A DNA stretch of 64,000 nucleotides from Eledone cirrhosa (Eukaryota): NCBI GenBank assembly GCA_964016885.1, contig OZ024744.1, forward strand, positions 62,930,001-62,994,000, in the 5' to 3' direction. A program made the position numbers and the translations under genes. Positions 23,431 to 36,611 of the stretch are shown piece by piece (the stretch's first letter is position 1; every line of letters begins with the position of its first letter). Under the pieces are notes generated by a model that made no database searches, had not been told where the DNA came from, and saw nothing but the letters and a program-made list of their open reading frames with translations.

Positions 23431-25204
23431 AACTCCACTTACGCGTGGTAGTAATACGGAAATAAACGATGTTTTGCTTTCATCAGCTGCTTTCGACTGA
23501 CAGCGTTGTAGTGCCCTGATTTTCTAACAAAAATAAAAATAAGTCCGGTGTTATTACACAGGATCATCTAAAAAAAAATTTAGTTAATGTTTGTTTTTGT
23601 TTTTTACAAAGTATTTTCTTGCTATGACTTTTACAGCAAGACACCTACTCCAATATGATAAGAAACAATTTTTGGAAAAAACCGAAATAACTATTTTGAA
23701 ATGCAATTACCTGGAAAAACCAGCAAAAATTACAATTCTACACACAAAAAATAAAACATCTGCATCCCGATATTTTCGATAATTATAAAAACTTTCCTAT
23801 CAAAAATGTTTTTTTGATGGAATGAAAATTCCAACACACACACACACACATATATGTGTGTGTGTGTGATTTCTAATTTAGGCACAAGGCCAGCAAGTCG
23901 ATTAATTCGATACATTTTATCGACCACATGAGCTATCTGGGGCCACCTACTGATGTAAGCGACAATACTCAGCAAAAAATCAGATGTTTCAGTCATCCAC
24001 AACGCTTGATTTTATTTGATGGAAACCATCTTTCTCAGCCTCCGCTAATTTCTTTTGTGGCTGGTTAATTTAAGACTCCTAAACATCGAATTAATTTCGC
24101 TTTCAACAAATATCGGGGGAAGGGATGGAGAGCAAGTATCGACGATTTGAATAAATTTATTTCAAAGTTGTACTGGTTTAGCAACTGGCTAAAATGATGT
24201 GTGTGTATGTGTGTGTGTGTGTGTGTGAGTGAGTGAGTGCGTTGAAAAAGGAACAATTATGTCGTAATTGTCATTTTTAAAAGTGTGTGTGTGTGTGTGT
24301 GTGTGTGTATACACACACACACACATATACCGTTATATTTTATTTACTTATTTTGTCAGAGTAATAAATATAAAACATAGCATTTTGCCATACATCAGAA
24401 AAAGAAAAATTCTATGAACTGTCTGTGTATGTTTTTATATATATATATATATATATATTATTATTATTACATTCAAAGTAAAGGATGTCATGAATGATAC
24501 AAAATCAAACATGTCTTGTCTCAAAATGCAGATCAAGATAGAATTCAGAGAATAAAATCGAGCCTTAATCACTATAAGAAAATGAATGAAATATACACAT
24601 ACACAGATAAGTGTTGCATTAAGAAACATCAAAACTTAAACTAGAGATATGTGTAAGTGTATATTTCATTCACTTTCTTATATAGATATACATATATAAA
24701 TATACAATATATTGATGAGGTAACGGTCCAACCGTGAGTACGCAATTTCAGCTCATACACACACACATATAACTTTGATAGGTTTCGGCCAGATTGGCCC
24801 GGGCCATGTCTAACTTAATAGCACCACCTGGCAATAATAATAATTATGAAGACCAATTTAGGTGAAAACAAAGATAAAACTTCAAATAATTTTATATATT
24901 TATGCAGTCAGTTAAACCCAACGTTTGACCCCCGAAGAATACTAAATAGCCTGTATTGATCATAGTAAAATCTCCCTCAAATCATACTAGAAAACAAATC
25001 CTTACGGGGTCGATAAAATAAAGTACCAGTAATGCACTGACTTATTTGCTGGCCTTGTGCCTAACGTAGAAACAATTATATGTAGACATATATATACACA
25101 CATATACTAGTTACAAAACGTGAAATGCATTTTGATTATAGGTTAGATTGTATTTGTTATTAAATAGAAAAACATAAATAACGGCGGAGGGAACAATAGC
25201 TTAC

Positions 25205-25310
25205 CTCAATAGAATAATCATGTAACAATAATACGTTTTTTATGGTTGTAAATATACTTTCATATTACCGCCATTTCACTGATCAGCGATTGGTCAGTTC
25301 AAAACGAGGC
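25205..25310 (-). promoter_or_regulatory. Candidate KIF4A promoter and non-coding first exon
   Basis: Minus strand reads TTTGAA (CHR-like, 25303-25298), CCAAT (25293-25289), YY1-type AAATGGCGG (25276-25268), then donor GAG|GTAAGC at 25204. This fits the acceptor just upstream of the KIF4 ATG. Confidence 0.45.
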
Positions 25311-25574
25311 TCTGACTGTTACAAACTGTTGCTTGTATATAATTTATAAGTGCGAGTTTTGTTCGCCTGTGTTTCCAACTGGTTTATATTCATATTCTCC
25401 TAGTTATCAAATATTTCACTTCGTCACTTTTCACAAATATTCTTGTGGGCATTATCTAGAACGCCGAGGTTGACTTTGCCTTTCATCCTTACGGGGTCGA
25501 TAAAATAAAGTACCAGTAATGCACTGGGTAATTGCTGGCCTTGTGCCTAAAGTAGAAACAATTATCTAGAAACT

Positions 25575-25790
25575 GTACGGCAAAACTTCCATGCTTCCCA
25601 AAATTCGACAACACTACACCTGATACCCCCCCCCCTCCCCTACATACTCGCATGTATGTATATCATGACTCATACACTGTTCACAATTCTAAAAGTAGGA
25701 GCAATTATTCTTTGTACTATACATGAACCTTTGATAAGTTGTGGTGCACCTGAGTACTGTATACAGTAACTTTCATTGCCATATCATTAT
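25575..25790 (+). mobile_element. CR1-type LINE 3' UTR fragment
   Basis: Similar to 36415-36610 (CATGCTTCCC...ACTACACCTGA...GTGCACCTGAG). Confidence 0.7.
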
Positions 25791-26032
25791 TTGTTCCAGT
25801 ACAACGATAGTGTTAGAACGTTGGACAAAATTGATTAGCGGTATTTAATTATGGTACTTTACGTTCTGAGTTTCATGAATGTGATTTACATATAAGCACG
25901 ATTTATATAATCTTGTAGATTCAGTCATAAACTTGGGTACTGCGATTTGAAAGTTTTCTTCATATGTCGGTTGCCACCAAACCCTCCGGTATCCTCGGTC
26001 CCTGAATTGCCGTTTTCAGGTGGGGTGGCTGG

Positions 26033-28203
26033 TGTAGCGACTGACGCAGTCAGTTCTCTGCGGTAATGCTATCGCCCTCTTGTCCGCAGGACACAACTAA
26101 GATATACCATCTAGCTAGAGGTCTAGACTTTACCCTTCCTTTCGCTTTCCCCCTTTTTTTCATATATTTCTTCTTTCTTCCTGTTTATTGTGAAATATCT
26201 GTACAGCCACCGGAAATAACATCTGTGATATATACAGCTCCATCTATCTGTTAGCTAACTACCTCACCGTGAACCAAACAACCCTTAGAAGTATCGTTGC
26301 TTCATGTGAAAATAAATAGCTGATCGAAACTATATCTCTCGCCTTGCTCGTCCTTTCAACTTGTGCTTTCGTCTGCCCATCCTTACCGTATGTGACAACA
26401 GTTCTTTTAAGGGCTATCTTTAGATATGATCAGACCGTATGCGATAACAGTCCTTCTCAGGGCTGTTCTCGGATCTGATCAGAAGTAGTGACCAGACTGA
26501 GTAACCACGTCGCTACAATTGGTTACCCCAACGTGATTCGAACACGCAACCAGATAGCAGTCTAAGAAGATACCAACATGGACATGTCACAACCAACGAC
26601 AGAGGCGGAGATTTCAGAACTGCTGGTTGGTCAAATAAAAGCCTTCTCAAATCAAGTAGAGAACTGACCTTTCAAACACACCGTCGACGCAGCAACAGTC
26701 GATCCAGGTCTTTTCACAGTCGAAGATCCAGAAGTCCCAGTCAAAATCGTGTGCCTGGCAACCTCTGCTGGTATCACGTAAATTTCGGCGCACAGGCATC
26801 TAAGTGCAAAGCCCCGTGCTCTTTCCAGAATACCACCCAGGGCCTGGTACTGAGAAGAAAAGTCGTCTGTTTTTTAATCAACGACCAAGCGACAGGCATC
26901 CGTTACCTCGTTGATACAGGAGCCCAGGTTTCCTGTTTCACTAGTCTCAGACAAAAGACATCCAACACCGTCCTTTCTGCAGGCAGTGAACCAATCGTCA
27001 ATTCCGACTTTCGGGGAGAAATCACTGACCCTCAGTTTAGGCCTGAGGCGTCGTTTTCAATGGGTGTTCGTCGTGGCAGACCTGCCAACCCCTATCTTAG
27101 GAGCCGATTTTCTCCACCACTTCAACCTTCTGGTGGACATGAAGAACCGGAGGCTTATTGACACCACCACAAACCTCACTGTGAGAGGTATATTTACCAC
27201 GCAATCCACAGTGAGCCCTGTAATTTGCCAGTCACAGCCTTCGCGTTACAACGGAATTTTCCAGAAAAACCCAAACATCACTCGCCCGGTATTTAAGGAT
27301 GGACCTATTAAACATAGTGTCACACACCACATCGAGACAAGAGGACTACCCACAGCTGCCCGACCAAGGAGACTGCCTCCAGACCGATTGAGAATCGCCA
27401 AACAGGAATTTCAACACATGCTGGACCTCAGAATCATTCGCCCTTGCTCCAGCAACTGGTCTGCACCCCTACATCTTGTTCCTAAAAAAACCGAGAATGA
27501 TTGGCGACCATGTGGGGATTATCGTGCACTTAACAATTCTACAGTACCCGATAATTACCCTGTACCTCACTTGCACGACTTTTCTGCCTCTCTGCAAGGC
27601 GCACGCATCTTTTCCAAGATAGATTTGGTGCGTGCATATAACCAGATACCTATGGAGCCTGCAGATATTCCGAAAACCGCAATCACAACACCGTTCGGTT
27701 TATTCGAATTCCTGCGAATGCCGTTCGGTCTGCGCAACGCTGCACAAACTTTTCAGCGGTTTATTGACACCGTGTTACGCGATCTACCCTTCGTATACGC
27801 GTATATTGACGACGTGCTGGTAGCAAGTACTTCCGAGCAAGAACACGAGAAGCACTTAGATTTCCTTTTCCAACGTTTGGCTAAGTACGGTATCATCATC
27901 AACCCCAGCAAGTGCCTTCTCGGCGTTCCTTCACTGTCCTGTCTCGGGCACATCATCGATAAAGACGGCATTCGTCCACTTCCCGAGAAAGTAGAAGCTA
28001 TCCGCAGTTTTCCCGCACCTACATCACTTCGGAAACTGCGTGAATTCCTCGGTCTGGTGAATTTTTATAGGCGTTTTATCCCTCATTGTTCCGACGCAGC
28101 CAGACTCCTTACGGACCGGACTCGCAAAAACGAAGAGATCACTCTAAACGAGGAAGAATTAACATCTTTTAACCGCCTGAAGGAAATGTTGGCAATAAAC
28201 TAA
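26033..28203 (+). mobile_element. Gypsy/Ty3 LTR retrotransposon, gag-deleted and 3'-truncated
   Basis: LTR 26033-26517 (TGTAGCGAC...GTCGCTACA), tRNA-Trp PBS, gag knuckle CWYH...C..PC, protease [19 protein letters not shown] / [14 protein letters not shown] / YIDD. Ends before RNase H and integrase. Confidence 0.95.
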
Positions 28204-28288
28204 ATAGGAAAAGTGTTTTCATAATTCCTTCCAGATTCATTAATCAGGACAATGTCATAGATATTATACAACTATGAATTACAAATGA

Positions 28289-28450
28289 TGCCGCTGTGGT
28301 AGGTCCCTCGACTCAACAGATTTACATGGTTTGTCCTGTCGCCTGAATGCTGGTCGTTTTGCCCGTCACACCGAGCTAGCTCGGGTTAATATCCCCAAAA
28401 TCCAGAAGTGATGGGAAGAGACCAGACGGTCTTACTCTATCCCTGGATAC
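28289..28450 (+). mobile_element. CRE-type RLE non-LTR retrotransposon fragment
   Basis: Hand translation CRCGRSLDSTDLHGLSCRLNAGRFARHTEL (CCHC knuckle), then in another frame RSDGKRPDGLTL (PD-type nuclease motif). Confidence 0.72.
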
Positions 28451-28559
28451 GATATATATACACCCTCTCTCATATCTCTAATTTGCTCTACGTCCTTTTC
28501 TTCTTTAAGTTTATCATATTATTTGTGGCATATAAACATTGAGATTTGATTAAATAAAT

Positions 28560-28950
28560 CACTGCCAATACTGGAATTGAACTATCAAGACCGTAGCGGT
28601 ATGTCATATATCAAATCATATATTTTATCTGATGAAGAAAACAACACAGTACCTTCGAAATATATATAATTGTTTCTACTTTAGGCACAAGGCCAGCAAT
28701 AACTCAGTGCATTACTGGTACCTATATAATAAAGCATATATTTTGATTATGTGAATATCCTTCATTTGTTAATATTTTGAATAATTTATATATATTATTC
28801 AAAATATTCTCATAATCAAAAATATACTTTATTATATATATATTTCAGAGGCACTGTGTTGTTTTTTCAGTATGTCCTCATCAGACAATATATATGATTT
28901 GATATATGACATACCGCTACGGTCTTGATTATTCAATTCCAGTATTTGTA
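28560..28950. repeat. Inverted repeat with hammerhead-like cores (Penelope pLTR-like)
   Basis: 28567-28670 is the reverse complement of ~28831-28947; each arm has CTGATGA...GAAA; a SINE fragment sits at 28669-28722. Confidence 0.6.
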
Positions 28951-29071
28951 GTCATTTCATTTGTTAATATTTTGAGTAATATTTAAGAACTCCAAGAAAA
29001 CTTCTTTATTGAGTGCTTCAAATCTATTGTAAAATTGTATTCATTGAGTAATCAACGAACTAATCTTTGGT

Positions 29072-29106
<35 letters not shown>

Positions 29107-30399
29107 ATATATATAAAACATACTTGCAACGTTATTCTACTGTAAATGTATACAACTGTAATAAAAAATTAAAAAATTTGATCAACATAATCGAAACTCT
29201 ATCTCCACAAAATTGTATTTAAACATATAGATTACCAAGAAAGTTACCAAACTGTATTTATGCCATGAAAAACTCAAGATGAACGTAAATAAACTGCAGT
29301 GATTTGTGAGTGTCTGCGAAAGTTATAAACACTGCCACACTCTAACAACTAAATGATAATAATCTATAGGTCAGCTATCAAAACGTATTAGCCCATCGAC
29401 TCCTCCATGGAATCTTTGACACTTCGCCGACTAACATATACAAAAATAAATTCATATATCTGTAAATAAAATAAAATTGTGTATAGAGAGACAAACTAGA
29501 TGAGGGATTCCCAAACTTTTCAGACCACCGACAAGTCTTGTAGTATAAATTAGGAAACAGAATATGAAATAAACAAATGGTAAAGACTAATAATATTTCG
29601 GAGGTGCACTTGTGATGCAAGTGACTTAATGACTGTATGTTGAAACTAAAACAATGACTGCGCGGAAGTATCCATTGAGCCATTTAAAAAGGAAGAGGCT
29701 GTGTAGCCGGTAGGCGTGTCAGACATCATGAGTTGCGGCCCGAGTTAAGACAATTTGAAATCTTTTCCACCATCAATTGTTAACAAAACAAGTTAAAATT
29801 ATTAAGTCGTCAATTTGTAACCTACATTATGCTTTAGTTACATACATCTACACGTAAGTATATAAACAGATACAGACAACAGAAGGAAGGGGCTGGTGAA
29901 ACGCTATAGATGTGTGCTGTGTTCCTTTAGGGTTTACCGGCTACATAGCCTATTCGATTTAAAAACTTACAAAAGCTGTTAACATATATTTCGGTGTACA
30001 CACAATTTTGTTCTAGCGCTAGCAGAGAGAAACTATCTACAATTATTTTAGGGTTGTCGCCCTTTGTCAAAATTGTGTATCTCCTTTTCTCTCTCACACT
30101 AGAATTCTTGAGAATATATAGTACTAGGATTTTTTTCAACACGCTGACGTGTATGTGTATGTGCATATTCATACATTTGTGTGTGAGTATATAAATATAA
30201 ACGTGCAAACAGACACACTTACAAAAATACACACTCACAGACATACATTCACACAAACACATACAGTGTAGCAAATAGAACGCCAGTCGCTGTTTTACTA
30301 TAGTCTTTTCACCATTGCCTTTCTTCTTTTTATATATATAAAGAACACATATAAACTCTCCTGAGGAGGAAATAATAATTAAGTAGACAGAGTTGATAT

Positions 30400-31700
30400 T
30401 TTGCAGGCTCAGCTCAAAATAGTCAATGGCAATAGAATGACAATAGTTATCTCCACTTACACTCCTCAATCATGGTTAAGTAGAGATCAAAAGGAATACT
30501 TCAATGAAGATCTCTTACAGATGACATCAATAACAGATAACAGCGACTTCATCATACTGGTTGGTGACTTCTTCAATGGACATTTTTTTGGTCAGCACCA
30601 AGCTCATGGATGATGATAACACCCATAAGCTTGGCTGGTCTCACTTGAGGATCTAGCCGGATCAGTTGGAGATGATTGCTTCTGACAGGACCCGCTGGAG
30701 TGAGTGTTTGAGGAGAGGACTCTGCGCCCAGACCCTCTTAGGAATAAGTGGGCGAAGAAGAAGATATTTACATTGTAATAATGAACGTGTCTTGAGAAAT
30801 GAAGAGGGATCAAGGCTCCTAGAAGTCAGGGATGAAAATTCATAACCATTTGTAACACTAACTTCAGTGTACATGCAAACCAGATTGAAAATGGAATGAT
30901 AGTATATGGTTATACATACTAAATCTTTTTTCTGGAGAATATAATATACCATCCAAAGAACCAGGGGGAATCAGAAACATAACCTTCTGGAGAAGGAGTG
31001 TATAGAAATGAAAGAATCCCTCAGTTTAATAAAGTTTTTAAATACTTCTAAGGGACGCTTATGACAAGATGGAGAAGGAAATATAATATAGTGAACAATT
31101 GGAAGTTTCTATATGACAACCTACTGCAGGAAACTGGTGAATTCTATGATTAAAATAAGGTTCCAACTGGACAATCGGTAAATTAGTGGTGAAATTAGTG
31201 GTGGAATAGTACTGTAAATAAGGCCATAACAGCTAAAAGACAGGCACAGAAAGACTGTAAGAAAGGAAACAGCAAAGAATAATATCAAATAGTTAAAAGT
31301 GAAGCTAGACAATTTTACATCGCACACAAAGAAGCAGGAGTATTGCCAGTTGTATATGAGTTGTTTCACATTGCAAAACAGTGTGTCAGTGTGAATGAAG
31401 ATGTTGTTGGAGTAGAGTCTGATCAGAATGACAACAATGCACTCAGCCACACCAACACTTTGAAGAAAAGAGGCATGTAAAAGTTACTATGTGGAGAGTG
31501 AGTAGAAGGAAAAGAGACTATGCCCAAGTAGACTTAACGGAATGGCTAATAAGGTGGATAGTTATGTGGCTAAAGAAGCAGTCAAGGATATGGGAAAGGA
31601 AATAAAAGTTGCTCGGCCACCAGAGAAAGTTGCTGAGATACTGAAAACAAAATCTACAGGTCAAAATGCACATTAAAGCAAGATCTTCCAGGACATTCAC
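30400..31700 (+). mobile_element. Highly degraded RTE LINE
   Basis: APE-like ISTYTPQS...IILVGDFFNGH at 30401-30613; later decayed segments resemble the RTE linker region. Confidence 0.5.
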
Positions 31701-33904
31701 ACATTTTTAGTTGATCTAGAAGTCTAAGCAATACAGTGATATAAACTATTACATTAATGTCGCATATTTCATAATATGGCTCAATGCTGGCTAGATGAGT
31801 GTTGCATTTTCAAGACAAAACATACTGCCTGGTCCAGCAGTTAGCTCTCACCTCTTTCTTTTCAAACTGCAAAAGTGCCATCAAGTTTGCCAGGTAGTAC
31901 TCTACACTGACCAGTAAATATGTTTCATCTCCAAGACATTTGAGTCAGCAAAGCAAGGGGCTATCTTCTAGATATGTTTTTTCCCTATTCCTCATACAAC
32001 CAAAGCTATACCTCCCATGTATTTTGACAATGGGCAATTTTACATTAAGATGTTTTTTCAATAAGACTAAGATATTTACAGTTGTCTTCTCTTGGTCTGA
32101 GTTTAAGCATATAGTTGCTCCCTGCAAAAAAATGTTTAATTGTGAGGATGTTTTGTTTCTACAGCTGGATGCCCTTCTCAATGCCAACCACTTTACAGAG
32201 TGTAGTGGTTGCATTTTATCCTGGCACAAGCACTAGGGAGGTACCATCATCATCATCATTTCATTTTACGTCCGCTTTTTCCCTGCTTGCAAGGGTGGGA
32301 TGGGAACTGATACTGGCTGGATGCCCTTCCTAACACCAACCTCATTTACAGTGAGTACTGGGTGCTTTTTTGCCGTGGCACCTCCACGACCACTTTGCAG
32401 TGGAATGATAGGGACCTCAGTCCCTAGCATCTCATTTCTACAGCTGAGTAAACAGGTGCAATGTGAAATAAAGTGTCTTGCTCAAGGAAACAACACATCA
32501 CCCGGTCCGAGAATTGAACTCACAACCTTTCGATTGCAAGGCCAATGCTCTAACCACTAAGCCATGTACTTAGCAAAACTAGTCTCCTCCACTATTCAAT
32601 AGTCAACTAATTTACCGTGTACTAGAGGAATTTTACCATAGCACCAACACTAAAGAGGTTGCCAGGTGTTCAACAAGATCAAAGGATCCTCTCTACCCTA
32701 CATTGTCTCAGTTCGTTCGTCACTACTTTACTGAGTACTTTCTATCATGACAGAAAGGTTGTCTCGTTCACTGCAAGTCAATATGGACCTGCCCCCACAT
32801 TTACTTTTAGCATGGATTAAATGCCTTGGTATTGTTTTGGTTCACTGCACTCTGAAATCAACATTAGGATCAATAAATAAAGTACCAGTCAAGCAGTGGT
32901 GGATTGGTGGAATTGTTAGAATCAGACAATGTTTTGTGATATCTAATCTGGAGTTCAAATTCCTCCTTTTTGTGTCAGAGTTGTGATCAACATATTGTTT
33001 CTTTGGTCCCAACTGACTGGCTCCTTTTTTTAATACAGTAAATCTAAATATAAATTTGAGTGAATTCCGTCCACCCATCATACAGAGATGACCAAGGAAG
33101 GAAAGGGTGATGACCTCACATGCTAGAGATGAATGTGGAATGAAGGGGTGATGACAAATTATAGAAAACAGTGACTAACATTCACTAGACTTGTGTGTAC
33201 AATCTACATACACACACTCATCAGTGTGTTGAAAAAATTCTAGTACTTATAAATTTCCTTGGAATCCATCAAAGTTTCTGATCATGTCAACTCCCCAAAG
33301 ATTGTTTATTGAACTAACAGATTTCAAAATGTAAACTAAATTTCCTTTAAATAATTTAGAGCTGTGGATTTGCAAAATAACCTGCAGTACTTAGTTATCG
33401 CCTTTTACATAGTTCAAGCCCTGTCAAGATCAACTTTGAAATTCATTCTTCCAGGATTGATAATATAAAGTATCAAAATAGTGAGACTTTATGCCTCTGT
33501 AAGAAATCAATAATATAACTATTATCTTAGACAACATACTTCCATATACTGAAGGTAAAAATATAAAAAAAAACATTTCCATGAACCATTTTGTTATATT
33601 TCTAAAAAGAAAAAAAATTTTTTTAAATCTTTACATATTTAGTAAATAATCAAGAATTTGGAGGGATTTAATAAAATAGCTAACTTTTTCATTTGAGGTC
33701 AATAAATATAGTACCGTTCTGGAAGTGATATGATGAATTGGAATTATATAAGAGTTTGGACAGAAGGTTTTGAGGTACCTGATCCAGTTGTGTACATTCT
33801 GAGTTCAAATCCCACCTCCATCTGTTAAGAGTGGTGACTGTCAGATAGTTTCAGCAATAGAAAGATTAATGGAAACAGTTTCCTTTACAATTTTTTTCTA
33901 TTCA

Positions 33905-36610
33905 TTATTGGCCTCTGTTAAAGCTGGGCGTGAAAATCGGATTACCTTCCGAACACGCCCAGGCCTACCACCCCATGTACGTCCAAAGCTCTGTGCTGCA
34001 GCTAATCGGAACTCAGCACAACATGAAAGTTTTAGTCTGCGTGATGATGGGCAGATCTGGAGGTTTGTTAAGGCTGGTGAAACGTGGAAGAGAGATACCA
34101 GCTGGTCTGAGTGTGCTTTACCTACAATAACTGGCAATGAAAAAACTGCTAAACTCTGGGAAACTAAACCAGAACAACCTGCCACTCTCTACACACCATC
34201 ATAAACTGCAAGCAGGGTACAAATTGTTGTCCTTAAATGCTCGCAGTTTATGCAACAAGATACATCTGTTTGACTCCTACGTCAGAAGCATCGACCCCTG
34301 ACTTCATCACAGTCACAGAAACATGGGCACATTCCTTACTCTGTGATGGGGTTTTCAGCATTACTGGGTACAACCTTTTCCGCAAGGACCGCATTAATCG
34401 CCGTGGTGGTGGTGTGATGGTCTACGTTCGTTCAAACTTTTCGGTAATTCCTTGCGTTGATTTGAACGAATCACAGGAAGAAGGTTTTTTCTGTGACATA
34501 CGTATGACCATGTCAACACTTCTGCTGTTGTTTATCACCAAAAGTGCAATTTGGGAAACTTCAGCAGTCCGACTTACCAGGAAAGAACGTCGGAACGCTG
34601 AACGGGAATATAAACTGCATAAATCAGATGCCAACAGAAAAAAGCGGAATAAATCTTCTAACCATCTCAAGCAAATGACAAAGAAGGCAGTGCTTGAATT
34701 TGAACAGTGCATAGCAACCAATCCTGACAGTAAGGTGTTCTGGAAATATGTTCATTCAAAGCAGAGACCTCACTCTCCAGTTGGTCCTCTTCACAATCCC
34801 CACACAAGCCAGATCACTGACGATCCCAAAGAATGCGCAGAACTCATTGCTGAGTGCTATGCAAGTATTTTTACTGTTGAAAACCAGAATGTACCATCTC
34901 CACCATCTCTAACATCAAATTCCATAACAACTATGGAATTTACACCTGCAATGTTGCGACGTCACCTTAAGAATAAGCGCAACTATGCCTCCCCTGGTCT
35001 TGATGGTGTTACATACCTGCTTCTCAAATGTGGCGGGTATTTCCTTCTGCGCCAGCTTTCTTTCTTCTTTCAATACTGTCTCAACAATGGTGCTACTCCG
35101 GAGCAGTGGAAAACTGCCAGTGTCATTCCCCTGTTCAAAAAGGGCAACTGCATGTCACCTGTCAACTATCGTCCAGTCAGTCTTACTAGCTGTATGGCCA
35201 AACTGATGGAATCTGTGTCAGAGAAACACTTTGGAACTTCTGAAGCTCTCACAGCCTCATCCGGCCCTCACAGTTTGGATTTATCCCTAACTCCAGCTGC
35301 TGTGATCAGCTTATCGAGTTCCTTGAAGACATCACCCGGATCACTGACAGCGGCTCATGGGTGGATGTTGTTTACCTTGACTTTGTTAAGGCTTTTAATT
35401 CTGTGCCACACAAAAGACTTATGGCAAAACTCTCTGCAATGGGTGTGAGGGATGATCTTTTCGACTGGTTGAAATCCTTCATTCTCAGCCGAAAAGTAGT
35501 AGTCACGGTTCTAGGACAGCATTCTTCACCATATGAGATGTCATCTGGTGTACCACAGGGATCTGTTCTTGGTCCCCTTTTGTTTGTGGCATATATTAAT
35601 GACATAGATGCCAACTTACAGAATGCCACAGTACTGAAATATGCAGATGACATCAAGCTGTACCTTGAAATCCAAAGGACTGATCCTGAAATCTACAACT
35701 CTTTCCTACAATCAGACCTGGACACAATGCAGCAATGGATCACAGACTGGCAACTGAAGCTGGCTGTGGACAAGTGTACCACCATGCATTTTGGGAGGAA
35801 AAATCCAGTGTCCACATACTCCCTCCACAACACTGATATCAAGAAGTCCTCTTGTGAACGTGACCTGGGCATTACTGTCAGCAGCGATTTGCGTTGGACA
35901 AAGCATGTCTCTAAGATTGTCAAGAAGGCCGAGGGTGTCTTGGCATCACTCAGCAAGACCTTTGTTAGCCGCTCTCCAGCCATCTATTTAAAACTGTATA
36001 CAGCTATGGTACGACCACACTTGGAATTCGCATCATCAGTCTGGAACCCCTATCTTGCTCAGAACATTGACTTCCTGGAAACTGTTCAGAGACATGCAAC
36101 CAAGCGCATACCCTCCATCAGACACCTACCATACTCTGAACGCCTTGCTTCCCTGGGCATGGATTCATTGAAGCTCCGACGTCTGGCAATGGACTTGGTA
36201 AATACCCACAAAGTTATTAACCATCTTGCCAATTGCAACCCTGAGCACCTTTTTGATCTCCATGTGTCTAACACACGTGGACATGCCTACAAAATCAGAA
36301 AACAGCACAGCTCCCATGACTTTCATAGACATTTTTTCACGCTCAGAGTTGCTGAAGCATGGAACAAATTGCTTGCGTCAGTTGTTAGCTGCCGAGACAC
36401 TGCATCCTTTAAGACACTCATGCTTCCCGAAATACGCTAAAACTACACCTGATGTACCCCTTCCATACACATGCACACATGTGTGTATCATGACTCATGC
36501 ACTGTTCATTTTCCTGATGTTTGTACATTACCCTATGTACTATACATACACTTTTTGATGAGTTGTTGTGCACCTGAGCACAGTACACAATATTTCATTA
36601 TTATTATTAT
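33905..36610 (+). mobile_element. CR1-clade LINE with internal deletion and frameshift
   Basis: APE start (VTETW, DRINRRGGGV), NYRPVSLTS, YLDFVKAFNSV, GVPQGSVLGP, YADD, VRPHLEF; (ATT)n tail at ~36597-36610. Confidence 0.93.
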
Positions 36611-36611
36611 A

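Larger units (their letters stand above)
20252..23516. mobile_element. Composite unit bounded by long imperfect inverted repeats
   Basis: 20252-20352 (GGGCACTACAACGCT...CGTTTATTTCCGTATTACTACCACGCGTAAGTGGAGTT) is the reverse complement of 23431-23516; no clean TSD seen. Confidence 0.6.

Noticed and set aside
29650-29770. CpG-containing patch with GCGCGGAAG and TTTGAAA as an alternative promoter
   Set aside because: Short motifs only, with no supporting splice donor linking it to a gene.
29927-30469. 180-aa minus-strand ORF
   Set aside because: Low-complexity, microsatellite-derived, no domain and no splice support.
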